From positions 151,217-215,216 of the forward strand of contig CBFGKC010000003.1 of assembly GCA_965649265.1 (NCBI GenBank): 64,000 nt of DNA, written 5' to 3'. Each line of letters opens with the position of its first letter. Within the stretch, counting starts at the first letter, position 1. Positions 19,807 through 29,596 of the stretch are shown here, piece after piece. Source of the stretch: a candidate division WOR-3 bacterium (GTDB taxonomy: Bacteria; Hydrothermota; Tepidihabitantia; B3-TA06). The notes beneath the pieces were generated by a model. That model had not been told where the DNA came from. It saw only the letters and a program-made list of their open reading frames with translations, and searched no databases. The position numbers and the translations under genes were made by a program.

Positions 19807-20712
19807 TTACTGGGCGGTTTTGGAAACATTCAAAGCGTAAGGTTCAAGATAATTGAACGCCACCAGACCCTTGCCCCACGAGGGATAGGCCCCCCGTTCG
19901 TCCGTAACCTCGATAAACCAGTACCCGGAATCAAAAGACTTTGATTCGTAAGGTGTTATGAGGTCGAACACCGCCGAAGTATCCTTCACGGCTCCGAAGA
20001 GGGTTCCGTCCGGCTTGTAGAGCACAAGCTCGGGCTCCGCGTCTCCTCCGAGCTTTGAGACTTTTACGTAAAGCATTGTGGTGTCTGTAAGTTCAAATTT
20101 GAAAAAATCGGGCAGCGACTTCATCGGCTCCACCGTATCGCTGAAGGCGTCGCAAAGGTACGAGCCGTCGTGGGTGAAGCCGGGAACTATTTCGTTTGCA
20201 GACGTGGTGTCGTCGTCGGGTTCAAAGGGATCGTTAATGGTGCTTCCGGATATGATGATGCCGTATTTGTAGCGGTCGGTACCGGCGTCACCCTTGGGTG
20301 TGAGTCTTAAGTAAAAAATCTCTCCCGGACGGGCTGCAATCCAAGAGCAGGGTTCGGTGCTGGAGTTGCGTGAATCCACGAGCAAAGCTTTATCATACGT
20401 TAAGAGTTCCGCCCTGAGGTAGAAATCGTTTGTTACAGGTTCAATAATCACAAGCTTTACAAGAAGCACCGTACCGAAGGACTTGTTATCGGGAACACCG
20501 AACTCGAATATCTCCACGGAATCAGTCAATGGAACGGAGATGGTGTCCGAATACGGTGTAGATACGGTCCATGCGCTGTCAAATGTGTTGTTGGCTGTCG
20601 GATCGGGGAGGGGGTCAGTGGATTCGTCGCAGTCGAGACCCGCTATCAAAAAGACGAGAGAGAATAAAAAAATCAAGGTAACCCTTTTTACGAAAGACCT
20701 TAAATTATTCAT
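19807..20712 (-). CDS. hypothetical lipoprotein with two PPC-like beta-sandwich domains
   Basis: Signal ...LIAGLDC; NNTFDSA and DPFEPDD.T.SA motifs; ATG 5 nt after a TTGACA-N16-TATTCT promoter. Confidence 0.65.
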   Translation of the reverse strand: MNNLRSFVKRVTLIFLFSLVFLIAGLDCDESTDPLPDPTANNTFDSAWTVSTPYSDTISVPLTDSVEIFEFGVPDNKSFGTVLLVKLVIIEPVTNDFYLRAELLTYDKALLVDSRNSSTEPCSWIAARPGEIFYLRLTPKGDAGTDRYKYGIIISGSTINDPFEPDDDTTSANEIVPGFTHDGSYLCDAFSDTVEPMKSLPDFFKFELTDTTMLYVKVSKLGGDAEPELVLYKPDGTLFGAVKDTSAVFDLITPYESKSFDSGYWFIEVTDERGAYPSWGKGLVAFNYLEPYALNVSKTAQ

Positions 20713-20777
20713 CCACAAGAATAACCGATACTTGCCGCTTGTCAAGATCGGAACATCGGAGACTTTTAAAAACCGTC

Positions 20778-20805
20778 TTGACAAGTTTTTTGTCGAGCTT
20801 ATAAT
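20778..20805 (+). promoter_or_regulatory. sigma-70-type promoter
   Basis: TTGACA-N16-TATAAT upstream of the 20851 gene. Confidence 0.75.
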
Positions 20806-20850
20806 AAATTTGTTAACCAAGATTCCCCAAAAAAGGGGAAGGAGGAGAAA

Positions 20851-23445
20851 ATGAGTATCTTGGGTTTAACATTATCATTGTCCGTCATCCTGAATTCGGG
20901 AGTAATCAAGGATGACTTTCTCGTAAGTATCGATTTACCATCAAAATGCAACAAAAACGGGGTATTTGCCGCGTCCACTGCAGCAGGATGGTTTGCAGCA
21001 TGGGTTGACAACCGCAATGCCTCAGCCGATATATACGGACAGGCGCTTTCATCCACTCTTACGCCGTTGGGCGAAAACACCATGCTCAACTTTGATTCGA
21101 CCGGCGTCGAGGAATCAATGGTGGGAGTCGTTTCCGACAGTCTGGGCAACGTTATAGTCATGTGGCAAAGCAACCAGGGGAGTTCTTGGGACTACCATTT
21201 GCGAAAGATGTCGCCCTCAGGTGTTCCCCTTGTGAAGGACACCCTCCTATTCTCCCTTCCGCAGTACTGTTATGCCAGCGTTGCCATGAACGCCAAGGGC
21301 GAGTATGCTTTGGTCTGGCAGGATGCAGGTTATATAGGGATTGCGTTCTTCAACCCGGACGGTTCGCGCAAGGCCGAGGCAAAGGAAGTCGCAAAGAATG
21401 AACCAAGACCAGGGGTGTTTCCGCGCGTAGCCATTGCTTCTAACGGCGCAACAATCGTGACATGGCAACATCTGACCACCATTCCGCCGGATACGGTCGC
21501 CAGAATATACGCTCGATGTTACAATACCAGGTGCGAACCCAGGGGAGAGGTTTTTGAGGTTTTAAGCGCCACTAACAGCATTGAAGTAAAACCAAGTGTA
21601 TTGTCCCTTGCCGTTGGTTCAGATCATGCGGGAAGGTTCATCATCTCATGGATTATGATTGATGCTTCCCTGTTCCAAGATGATGTGAGGCTTTACTCGA
21701 GGTCGTATGCGTGGGACGGCTCCGCATATGGCCCTGTAAAGGAAATTGCTAAGGGAGTGGGGTCGTCGCACAAGATGGCTGTGGCCTGGGACGGAAGTTA
21801 CAGCATCGCCTGGAGTCAGGATGGAGCTTACCTGCAGAGCTTTTACGCCGACGGTTCGGCGAGAGGACCACTGCTCGATATAGGCGGAGGCAGGGGGGAA
21901 ATCCAGGACCTGGCGCTTCGTTCGGATCAGTGGTTTGCCGTTTATTCCTTTGAAAACGACATCTACTGCAGGTGCGGTATGGTGCAGGGATCAATGATCG
22001 GCTCCGAGGCGCTTCTCAATGACGACGAAGGCTCATCGAACCAGACCAGTCCCCAGGTCTTTACAAGGGATGCAGGGGATTTTGACGTTTTCTGGGATCC
22101 AGGCGGGTTTATCGCCGAGACTGAATTCGTTTTTACATCAAACAACCAGGGGCGGCGCTTTACGGGTGGCGGTTCCCCAGTCGGCGCGGAATTTTCCATA
22201 CAAAGGGGTCCCGGAAGTATGAACCCTGAGACGGGTGAGTTCGTAAAAACCTGGTTTACGCAGTTTACGGACAGTTTTTACTATATGCAAAGATACTCCT
22301 CAATCGGTCAGTCTATGGGCGGCTCTGTAAAAATCAACCCGCGCAAGCTTGTAAACAGCATGATGGCGAATTACGTCAATATCTCAATGAACCGCAAAGG
22401 AAATATTGTTGCGCTGTGGAGTGATACAGATTCCCTAGGTATTAAGCGAAAACTTTTTGCCCGGCGTTTTAACAAGGACAATAAACCGATTGATGCCGAA
22501 GCGATAGAAGTGGCACCCGCTCTGACTCCCACTTCTGTCTACTCATATCTGGACGTGGCGATGAGAGAGGATAACGGGTTCATCGCGGCGTTTCTTGTTC
22601 TGCAGCAGCAAAATCCGACCTCGATCTATTGCTGCTATGCGCAGATTTTCGATAAAGATGGAAACGCCCTGGGAGAACCGATCAAGGTAAGTGAAAACGT
22701 TGAGGTGATTTCAGAGGCTCGCCCGCCGTCCCTTGCGGTCGACACAAGCGGTAACTTTTGCGTGACCTGGGGCACATGCGAGTCCGGCGGCGATCGTACA
22801 TTATACGCGCAGTGTTATGATGCCTCCGGCCAAAAGCTCGGAGGTAATCTTAATACCGGCATAATGATGGGTTCACTGGTCGGAGTCGGTATAGCGGCAA
22901 GACCCTCCGGCGGTTACGTCATCTTCGGCACCGATTACGTAGACGGACACGGTAACTCCAACGTCAGCGCATATTATGTCAACAAGGATGGAACGGCCGT
23001 GGGCCGCAAGGTTCAAATAAACCAGCCCGACTTTTTCCCGGCCAACTACCAGCGCACCGGTTCCAACAGCGTCGCAGCGACCGATGACCGCATTATCTAT
23101 ACCTGGCTCGATAACCGGCGTCACAAGGGCTGGGACGTCTACGCGAAGGTTACAGACTGGGATGCCTCGGGTATCTCCACTCCGCTAACACCAGAGAATT
23201 ATGAACCTTACGAACTGGAAGTGACTAATTCAATCGGACGCGAGATTACGCTTCATTACTCCAACTATGCCGGAGGTTTTTGCGCATCGGTCTACGACGC
23301 TTCGGGTCGAAAGATTGATAAGATACAATCCTCCGCGACTTCGGGTGTAGTTGTGTGGGGAGGGGAGCACCGGGCGCCTGGCGTATACTTCATTGTGCCG
23401 CAGCAAAGCGACCCGTCGGTCACAAAGGTTGTACTGGTGAAGTGA
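20851..23445 (+). CDS. large secreted repeat protein with T9SS-type CTD
   Basis: RBS AGGAG; repeated P.VA....G.F.V.W...IYAQ.Y...G.P.G units; WVDNRN/WLDNRR..WDVYA; CTD VYDASGRKI...PGVYF. Confidence 0.85.
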   Translation: MSILGLTLSLSVILNSGVIKDDFLVSIDLPSKCNKNGVFAASTAAGWFAAWVDNRNASADIYGQALSSTLTPLGENTMLNFDSTGVEESMVGVVSDSLGNVIVMWQSNQGSSWDYHLRKMSPSGVPLVKDTLLFSLPQYCYASVAMNAKGEYALVWQDAGYIGIAFFNPDGSRKAEAKEVAKNEPRPGVFPRVAIASNGATIVTWQHLTTIPPDTVARIYARCYNTRCEPRGEVFEVLSATNSIEVKPSVLSLAVGSDHAGRFIISWIMIDASLFQDDVRLYSRSYAWDGSAYGPVKEIAKGVGSSHKMAVAWDGSYSIAWSQDGAYLQSFYADGSARGPLLDIGGGRGEIQDLALRSDQWFAVYSFENDIYCRCGMVQGSMIGSEALLNDDEGSSNQTSPQVFTRDAGDFDVFWDPGGFIAETEFVFTSNNQGRRFTGGGSPVGAEFSIQRGPGSMNPETGEFVKTWFTQFTDSFYYMQRYSSIGQSMGGSVKINPRKLVNSMMANYVNISMNRKGNIVALWSDTDSLGIKRKLFARRFNKDNKPIDAEAIEVAPALTPTSVYSYLDVAMREDNGFIAAFLVLQQQNPTSIYCCYAQIFDKDGNALGEPIKVSENVEVISEARPPSLAVDTSGNFCVTWGTCESGGDRTLYAQCYDASGQKLGGNLNTGIMMGSLVGVGIAARPSGGYVIFGTDYVDGHGNSNVSAYYVNKDGTAVGRKVQINQPDFFPANYQRTGSNSVAATDDRIIYTWLDNRRHKGWDVYAKVTDWDASGISTPLTPENYEPYELEVTNSIGREITLHYSNYAGGFCASVYDASGRKIDKIQSSATSGVVVWGGEHRAPGVYFIVPQQSDPSVTKVVLVK

Positions 23446-23586
23446 CAGACGGCATGCGCGCATAAGTGACGTAGTTTCGGGCGTAGAAAATCAAGGATGG
23501 CTGGGGGAGGAGACGGCTGGATTAGTTTAGGGCGAATGTGCTTCTCGTTTTGCTAGTGGATAAGTGATTCACAGGAGGAAACTTAT

Positions 23587-24612
23587 ATGATTCGCAATCA
23601 ATGGTATGCAGTGCTCGATTCAAAGGAGGTCAAGCCGGGGGTACCCTTGGGTGTAACTCGCATGGGTGAGAAGCTTGTGTTCTGGCGCACGGAGTCCGGG
23701 GAGATCGCCTGCTTGCGTGACAAGTGCGCGCACCGCGGCGTGCAACTTTCGTATGGGTGTGTCTTAGGCGACAACGTCATGTGCCCGTTTCACGGGTTCC
23801 GTTACGACTCTTCGGGTCGCGGGGTGATGATCCCGGCAAACGGCCGTAACTCGCCTGTTCCCAATAACTTCAAGGTGCCGTCCTATCCCGCTCGTGACGC
23901 GCACGGTTTCATCTGGATTTACTGGCCCTCCTCGCCCTCCTCGCCCTCCTCAGAACTCACCTCACCCTCCTCAGAATCCTCCACGCCCGATCTCTCTAAG
24001 TTACAGCCTGTCAAGTGGTTCGACAACCTCGATGAGAGCTTCTACTATTCTACAAAACCCGATCCGTGGAACGCGCACTACTCACGCGTGATTGAAAACC
24101 AGCTCGACGTCGTGCACGTGCCGTTCGTGCACTATAACACCATCGGCAGGGGCTGTCGAACCCTCGTACATGGGCCACTTGCGGAACTTTCAAACGACGA
24201 AATCCGAATCTGGATGCACAACGTTTCAGATGACGGCCACACGCGACCAATGAAGCCGGAAGAACTCGATAAGTCCTTATCACCAGTGTATTTATACTTC
24301 ATCTTCCCGAACATCTGGCAGAACGTCATCTCGAAAGACCTGCGGGTCATGATCGCGTTCGCGCCCGTTGATGACGCGCACACGATGGCGTATATCCGCT
24401 TCTATCAAAGATTTATGAAGTTCCCAGGCATCCGGCACATCATCCATTATTTCGGCGACCGCTACAATCTCAAGGTCGCGCACCAGGACCGCCGCGTGGT
24501 CGAGACGCAACAGCCCAAGCCGTCGGGACTTAAGATCGGCGAGAACCTCATCCAGGGCGACAACCCGGTCGTTCTGTACCGCCGCCGGCGCGAGGAATTG
24601 CAGAAAAAATAG
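23587..24612 (+). CDS. Rieske [2Fe-2S] non-heme iron oxygenase alpha subunit (VanA-like)
   Basis: CAHRG...CPFHG Rieske ligands; ENQLDVVHVPFVH mononuclear Fe motif; QDRRVVE. Confidence 0.9.
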   Translation: MIRNQWYAVLDSKEVKPGVPLGVTRMGEKLVFWRTESGEIACLRDKCAHRGVQLSYGCVLGDNVMCPFHGFRYDSSGRGVMIPANGRNSPVPNNFKVPSYPARDAHGFIWIYWPSSPSSPSSELTSPSSESSTPDLSKLQPVKWFDNLDESFYYSTKPDPWNAHYSRVIENQLDVVHVPFVHYNTIGRGCRTLVHGPLAELSNDEIRIWMHNVSDDGHTRPMKPEELDKSLSPVYLYFIFPNIWQNVISKDLRVMIAFAPVDDAHTMAYIRFYQRFMKFPGIRHIIHYFGDRYNLKVAHQDRRVVETQQPKPSGLKIGENLIQGDNPVVLYRRRREELQKK

Positions 24613-25136
24613 TACCGCAAAAGGTATCATTTTGTGGCGAAAAAAGCTGGACAAAAGTGGGACAAATTCCGCAGCCCAAAACTGCACTTAGAGAATTACG
24701 CTTCTTTTGAAACCACATCCCGTTGTCACTTACAAAGGTGCGAACAAAGCTAAATGGACGTGCTTCGAAAATGGCCAAAAACGGGGTTTTCGATACCCCA
24801 AAGGATTGCCGGAGGCACTCCTTTGGGGACCCCGACGATTTTTGACCACTCCGGGAAGTCAAACTTCCGTTCCAAATGAAGGCCTTCCTCGTCACAATGT
24901 ACTCCTTTTGGGGCCCCCGTGACTTTCAAAGAAAGTCGTCAGAAGTTTTCCTTCAAAATCAAATAAGGTAAAGGAAAACTTTAAACACTCCGAAGCTTGG
25001 TCAGTCAGGATTAACGGTTCGTGTCCCGGTTTGAAGAAGCGCGTCAGCGCCTCTCTTTTGAAGGGAGGTGTCCTCTACAAGGGAGCGGACGGAGGGAGCC
25101 ATCTATTTTCGTCTTGACGAAAATGCTCCTTGGGAT

Positions 25137-25167
25137 CCCCGTGAAATTACGGAGTAATTTCACGGGG
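25137..25167. repeat. perfect palindrome (REP-like or terminator)
   Basis: ccccgtgaaattac-gga-gtaatttcacgggg just past the stop of the 25174 gene. Confidence 0.7.
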
Positions 25168-25173
25168 GTGTTT

Positions 25174-25638
25174 TTAAAAGTAATACCTGACGCCGATCCC
25201 TGCGCCGAGCCCGAGCCCGATTCCGGGAAGAAGGTTGAGCCTTGGGTCGAGCTGGGCGTAGAATCCGAACGAGCGGTAAATGTATTCGAGCCCGAGCGGA
25301 ACCCTTGCACCCAGAAGGGCCTCGCTTACGCCGGTGTTGCGGTTGCTGCCCCCGCCCAGTATGCCGCCCACGCCCACGTACAGCGCAAACGAGCCCGCGG
25401 CAACACTTTGCGGAAAGTGCCACAGATACCCGGCCTGCACGGTGAACTTCTGCGCCACAAGGTTCCAGCCCAGCGCCGCGTCTATCGCGTTTCTTGAGCC
25501 GACCCAGAACTTTGCCGAAAGCGCCGTCGGCTCACCGAGCTGCAAACCCAAGCCAATGCTCCCGTGTCCTGCCGCCGCCCGCGCGGCCAGAGGCACAAAT
25601 ATCAATGTCAAAAGAAAAATGATGGTTAAGCGCTTCAA
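25174..25638 (-). CDS. small outer-membrane beta-barrel (DUF3996-like)
   Basis: RBS AGGAGG + TTG start; GLGLQLGEPTALSAK, GARVPLGLEY, C-terminal GVRYYF. Confidence 0.75.
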   Translation of the reverse strand: MKRLTIIFLLTLIFVPLAARAAAGHGSIGLGLQLGEPTALSAKFWVGSRNAIDAALGWNLVAQKFTVQAGYLWHFPQSVAAGSFALYVGVGGILGGGSNRNTGVSEALLGARVPLGLEYIYRSFGFYAQLDPRLNLLPGIGLGLGAGIGVRYYF

Positions 25639-25689
25639 GATAGCCTCCTGTTTCCTTAAGATTAGGCTCAGGGAGGAGCATGTCAAGGG

Positions 25690-25910
25690 TGTTACGGGCG
25701 GTGTTACGGGGCTCTCCTCAGATACACCTCAAAGATAGCACCACGTAAGAGAGGAACTGAACTGCGTCTTTTCAAGTCGCTCACGATGAGAGGGCGGGTG
25801 TGTTATTTCCTTTGATTCCAAGCTGCTGATGGAAATGACCTATGAGATGAAAGCTCATCTCAAGGGTCAGACCCTGCCCCGAAGGTGTACGGGTAGTGTT
25901 GCGGGTCCCC
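25690..25910. repeat. composite dispersed repeat family C
   Basis: gtgttacggg units, tgttatttcctttgattc.aagctgc and gctgctgatggaaa...cctatgagat...atctcaaggg....accctg shared with 63718-63990. Confidence 0.8.
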
Positions 25911-25938
25911 CTCCTTGATGGGGTGTTTTTCTTCTTTA

Positions 25939-26073
25939 GTCATTGCGAGATTTTGTGAAACAAAATCGTGGCAATCCCATAGCACAAAGTCAAGTACACA
26001 TGGCCCTATCCGGAATGCTTCAGGAAAGTGCCATGAGATCGCCACGTTCGTCTTCGACTCATTCGCGATGACG
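25939..26073. repeat. CGTC/GTC-type REP-like palindromic pair
   Basis: gtcattgcgag...cgtggcaatc ... gagatcgccacg...tcgcgatgac inverted halves; further half at 26766-26804. Confidence 0.75.
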
Positions 26074-26129
26074 AACCGTCACTTGACTTCCTTAGTTCAT
26101 GCAGTTTAATATGTACCGTAAGAGGAAAG

Positions 26130-26729
26130 ATGCAGAAGATAATAATAGAGATTGCGACGAGAGAATCAGATTCTGTTGTCGAAAACCTAATGGGTGAAAA
26201 GAATCCATCCGAAACCAAGATTCTTGAAATAAATGAAAAGGCAAAACTTCATTATGAAGGTACTAAGATATTACTAAGTGCGGATAACCCAGATATATGC
26301 TATTTTCTTCTGGATTTTGTTACAGATAGTCTTGCTGGTGCAATAATAGCCCTGAGTGCAACATGGTTTTTCAATAAGTTGAATATGCTAGGCAAAAAGA
26401 TTATTCTTAAGATAAACGGTCGAAAAACAGCTATGTCTGAGAAGGCAATTTCGGAAGCGATTGAATTGGCTGCATCTGAACCAAGTATTGAAGATCAGAT
26501 TAAAAGAATTCTATCAGAGATCGACCAGTTTGCTGAGACTATTATCCCATTGGCTCAAAAGAGCAGATTAGATACAGAAGAATTCTTCAAAGGCGATCCT
26601 TGCACACCCTTGTGGGGGGCTCACCAGTTTTACTTAACGATAAAATCATCTGTTGAATCCAAGCTTGAGGAGATTAATCGACTGGCTAATATTTGCAACG
26701 GTCCCATAACTATAACGGAACTAAAATAA
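26130..26729 (+). CDS. hypothetical protein (AT-rich orphan)
   Basis: 199 aa ORF, RBS AGAGGA, visibly AT-rich; upstream TTGACT-N16-TTTAAT. Confidence 0.6.
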   Translation: MQKIIIEIATRESDSVVENLMGEKNPSETKILEINEKAKLHYEGTKILLSADNPDICYFLLDFVTDSLAGAIIALSATWFFNKLNMLGKKIILKINGRKTAMSEKAISEAIELAASEPSIEDQIKRILSEIDQFAETIIPLAQKSRLDTEEFFKGDPCTPLWGAHQFYLTIKSSVESKLEEINRLANICNGPITITELK

Positions 26730-26986
26730 GGAAGTAGTTTCTAAATCCTCACTTATAAAAAACTTGAGATTGCTTCGGTCATCTTCGATGACACTCGCAA
26801 CGACCATTTCTGCCCCGCCCCCTCCCCCCTCCACAAAGGGAGGGGGAATCTCTCGTCCCACAAAGTTGCTTCGTATTTCCGTTGGGATTTGGCGGTGTTT
26901 CGCTCTCTTTATAGTCAACTTGCTTGACAATTAACCGAGCGTACTTACAATAAACTCTATGAGAGATATAACATGGAGGTCCCCCA

Positions 26987-27931
26987 ATGGGTAAGTTTAC
27001 TTTCGTCCCCGTATGGATTATCCAGGACGTTATCGTTTACGTGCTGGCCGTCGTCACGCTCGTATTCATAATCAAGCGCGAAAAGCACCCGGCGACAACG
27101 ATCCTCGAATTCATCTCGTTCGTATTCCTCAACGCGGCCGTGTTCGAGAACTTCGCCACGCTCCAGGGGCTTTACGGCTACGGCCGGTCGCTCATCATGA
27201 TATTCAACGTGCCCGCATCGGTCCCAATAATGGAATACATAGTGGTCTACACCGCGCTGCGGCTGGCTGATTCAATGAAGATTCCCACGTGGACGAAGCC
27301 CGTGTTCGTGGGCGTATTCGGCATGCTGACGGACTTTTCGCTCGACCCACTCGCGGTCAGCCAGCGGTTCGCGACGCTCGAGGGGACGATAGGCCGCTGG
27401 ACGTGGTTTCCGGCTGCTGCCGACATCCAGGTCTTCCACATCCCGGTATACAACTTCACGGGCTGGGTGCTCCTCTGCGGCTACGGGGCGGCGATGCTTC
27501 TTCTGGGCCGCTGGTGGTTTAAGAAGTCCGGGTACAAGAACGCGGTCGGCATGGCCTATCCGCCTTTGGCAATGATCGTGGCGCTTGGTATCCTCATGAG
27601 CCCTCTCTCGAATTTCCTTCTCTGGCTCGAACCGATATTCAAATCCCGGGGCGGCTGGTCAGAGATTGTAATGATCTCGGCGTTCGCGCTCGGGTTTATC
27701 ATCATCCTCACCGCAGCCTGGCGCGGCCGGATGGCGCGCAAACTCTCCTGGAGCCAGGACTACATCATCCCCGTGGCGTTCACTCTCTTCCACGTATCCA
27801 ACCTGGCCTTCACCGTCATCGGAGGATACTGGCACATATTGCCCCTCACGCTGCCGATTGCAGTGGCGCACCTTGCGATTGTTTACCTCATCTACGGGTT
27901 GGGAACAAGGCATAAGGTCGAGAAGGTCTAG
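26987..27931 (+). CDS. CruF-like (carotenoid biosynthesis family) membrane protein
   Basis: Multi-TM; E......G.Y.Y, D..LDPLAV, W.W, IPVYNFTGW motifs. Confidence 0.7.
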   Translation: MGKFTFVPVWIIQDVIVYVLAVVTLVFIIKREKHPATTILEFISFVFLNAAVFENFATLQGLYGYGRSLIMIFNVPASVPIMEYIVVYTALRLADSMKIPTWTKPVFVGVFGMLTDFSLDPLAVSQRFATLEGTIGRWTWFPAAADIQVFHIPVYNFTGWVLLCGYGAAMLLLGRWWFKKSGYKNAVGMAYPPLAMIVALGILMSPLSNFLLWLEPIFKSRGGWSEIVMISAFALGFIIILTAAWRGRMARKLSWSQDYIIPVAFTLFHVSNLAFTVIGGYWHILPLTLPIAVAHLAIVYLIYGLGTRHKVEKV

Positions 27932-28055
27932 CGGGCTTGAGCCCGCACTCCCCGGCTCTAGGATACGCGAGTCTCCGAGAGGATTGGGCGGCGCAAGAAT
28001 CCCCGGTTCACCCGGCCGGTTCAGAGTTCCAAAAAGACCCCGCCGGAATCGTAGA

Positions 28056-28164
28056 GTCGAGCTTCGTTCGACCGAATGGCTATTTATAATTCAAGGTGAG
28101 ATGAAGAGATTTTCTGAGGGAGACTGAGGGGGGCTGAGGAAGGCTGAGGAGGGCTGAGGAGGGC
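28056..28164 (-). repeat. dispersed repeat family B plus ggctgagga 10-mer array
   Basis: About 75 bp nearly identical (reverse) to 38895-38969; followed by (g/a)ggctgagga x3. Confidence 0.85.
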
Positions 28165-28172
28165 TTTCTTAG

Positions 28173-28200
28173 TTGACAAGCATGACCTCCAGACTATAAT
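28173..28200 (+). promoter_or_regulatory. sigma-70-type promoter of the rnf genes
   Basis: TTGACA-N16-TATAAT. Confidence 0.8.
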
Positions 28201-28249
28201 CTGCAAACGTTTGAGCAATCCCGAGGCTTTTTAATAAGGAGCAGACAGT

Positions 28250-29596
28250 ATGATTACGTTCCGCGGCGGGATACATCCGCCCGAATTTAAACATCTGGCA
28301 GAGGAGAAGGCGATTGAAAAGATGCCGCCTCCACAGAAGGTTGTGCTTCCACTCTCACAGCACACCGGCGCGCCGTCAAAGCCGTGCGTGGCCGTCGGCG
28401 ATACGGTAAAGGTGGGCACGGTTCTGGCCGAGGCGGTGGGCATGATTTCGGTTCCATTGCATTCCTCGATAGCGGGAAAGGTCAAGGAGATAGGCCCGTG
28501 GCCGCACCCGGTTCTGCCCGTGCCGGCGACGGCGATCACGATTGAGTCCGACGCGTCAGACGAACTCGACCCTTCCATTAACCCACGGACTGAAGCGGAG
28601 ATAGAGAAGCTCGGCCCGGACGAGATAAGGGAGATTATCCGTAACGCCGGAATCGTCGGCCTCGGCGGCGCCGCTTTCCCCACCTCGGTGAAAATCACCC
28701 CGCCCAAGGATGCCAGGATCGATGCGCTCATCATCAACGGCGCGGAGTGCGAACCGTTCCTTACCGCCGACGACAGGTTGATGAGGGAACACCCGGAAGA
28801 AATCATCAAGGGAGCAAAGATTATCGCGAAGGTTTTAGGTCTGGACTCGGCGATCATCGCAATCGAGCACAACAAACCTCACGCGACAGAGAAGATGCGC
28901 GAGGTCGCATCCTCAGTCTGGCCGGGCGCGCAGGTCACGACCGTCAAGACGAAGTATCCGCAGGGCGCGGAAAAGCAGCTCATCTCCGCACTTCTGAAAC
29001 GCAACGTGCCTCGCGGAGGCCTGCCCTTTATGGTCGGCGTGGTTGTTCAGAACTCGGGCACCGCGTACGCGGTCTGGGAGGCTGTCTCAAAACGCAAGCC
29101 CTTGTACGAAAGGGTAGTCACGGTCACCGGACCCGGAATCGCAGAGCCCAGGAACCTCCTCGTCCGCATAGGGACGCTTGCCGCAGACGTCATCACCCAC
29201 TGCGGCGGTCTCAACCCGGACGCACAGAAATTCATCTCCGGCGGCCCCATGATGGGCATAGCCCAGTCCACCGATCAGATTCCGGTCACGAAGGGCACCT
29301 CCGGTCTCCTGTTCCTCAATTCCAAACACCCGCTGTTCCGCACGGCACCTGAGGCCAACTGCCTGCGGTGCGGCAAGTGCGTAGGGGTATGTCCCATGAA
29401 GCTCATGCCCTGCGAGATTGCGCGAGCGGCCGAGTACGATAAGCTGGAGCAGGCCGAGGAGTGGGGGATACTCGACTGCATGGAGTGCGGTTCGTGCGCG
29501 TTCCTGTGCCCTTCCGGGCGCAGGCTCGTGCAGTGGATCAAGTACGGAAAGACACAGATATTCGCCGAACGCAGCCGTAAAAAGGAGAAGAAGTAA
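28250..29596 (+). CDS. rnfC: Rnf complex subunit C
   Basis: TFRGGIHP, GIVGLGGAAFPT, NGAECEPFLTADD, YPQGAEK, GGPMMG, two CxxCxxCxxxCP motifs. Confidence 0.97.
   Translation: MITFRGGIHPPEFKHLAEEKAIEKMPPPQKVVLPLSQHTGAPSKPCVAVGDTVKVGTVLAEAVGMISVPLHSSIAGKVKEIGPWPHPVLPVPATAITIESDASDELDPSINPRTEAEIEKLGPDEIREIIRNAGIVGLGGAAFPTSVKITPPKDARIDALIINGAECEPFLTADDRLMREHPEEIIKGAKIIAKVLGLDSAIIAIEHNKPHATEKMREVASSVWPGAQVTTVKTKYPQGAEKQLISALLKRNVPRGGLPFMVGVVVQNSGTAYAVWEAVSKRKPLYERVVTVTGPGIAEPRNLLVRIGTLAADVITHCGGLNPDAQKFISGGPMMGIAQSTDQIPVTKGTSGLLFLNSKHPLFRTAPEANCLRCGKCVGVCPMKLMPCEIARAAEYDKLEQAEEWGILDCMECGSCAFLCPSGRRLVQWIKYGKTQIFAERSRKKEKK

Noticed and set aside
23498-23512. tRNA 3'-end remnant (reverse cctcccccagcca) as an att site
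   Set aside because: Match too short; no T-arm and no integrase nearby
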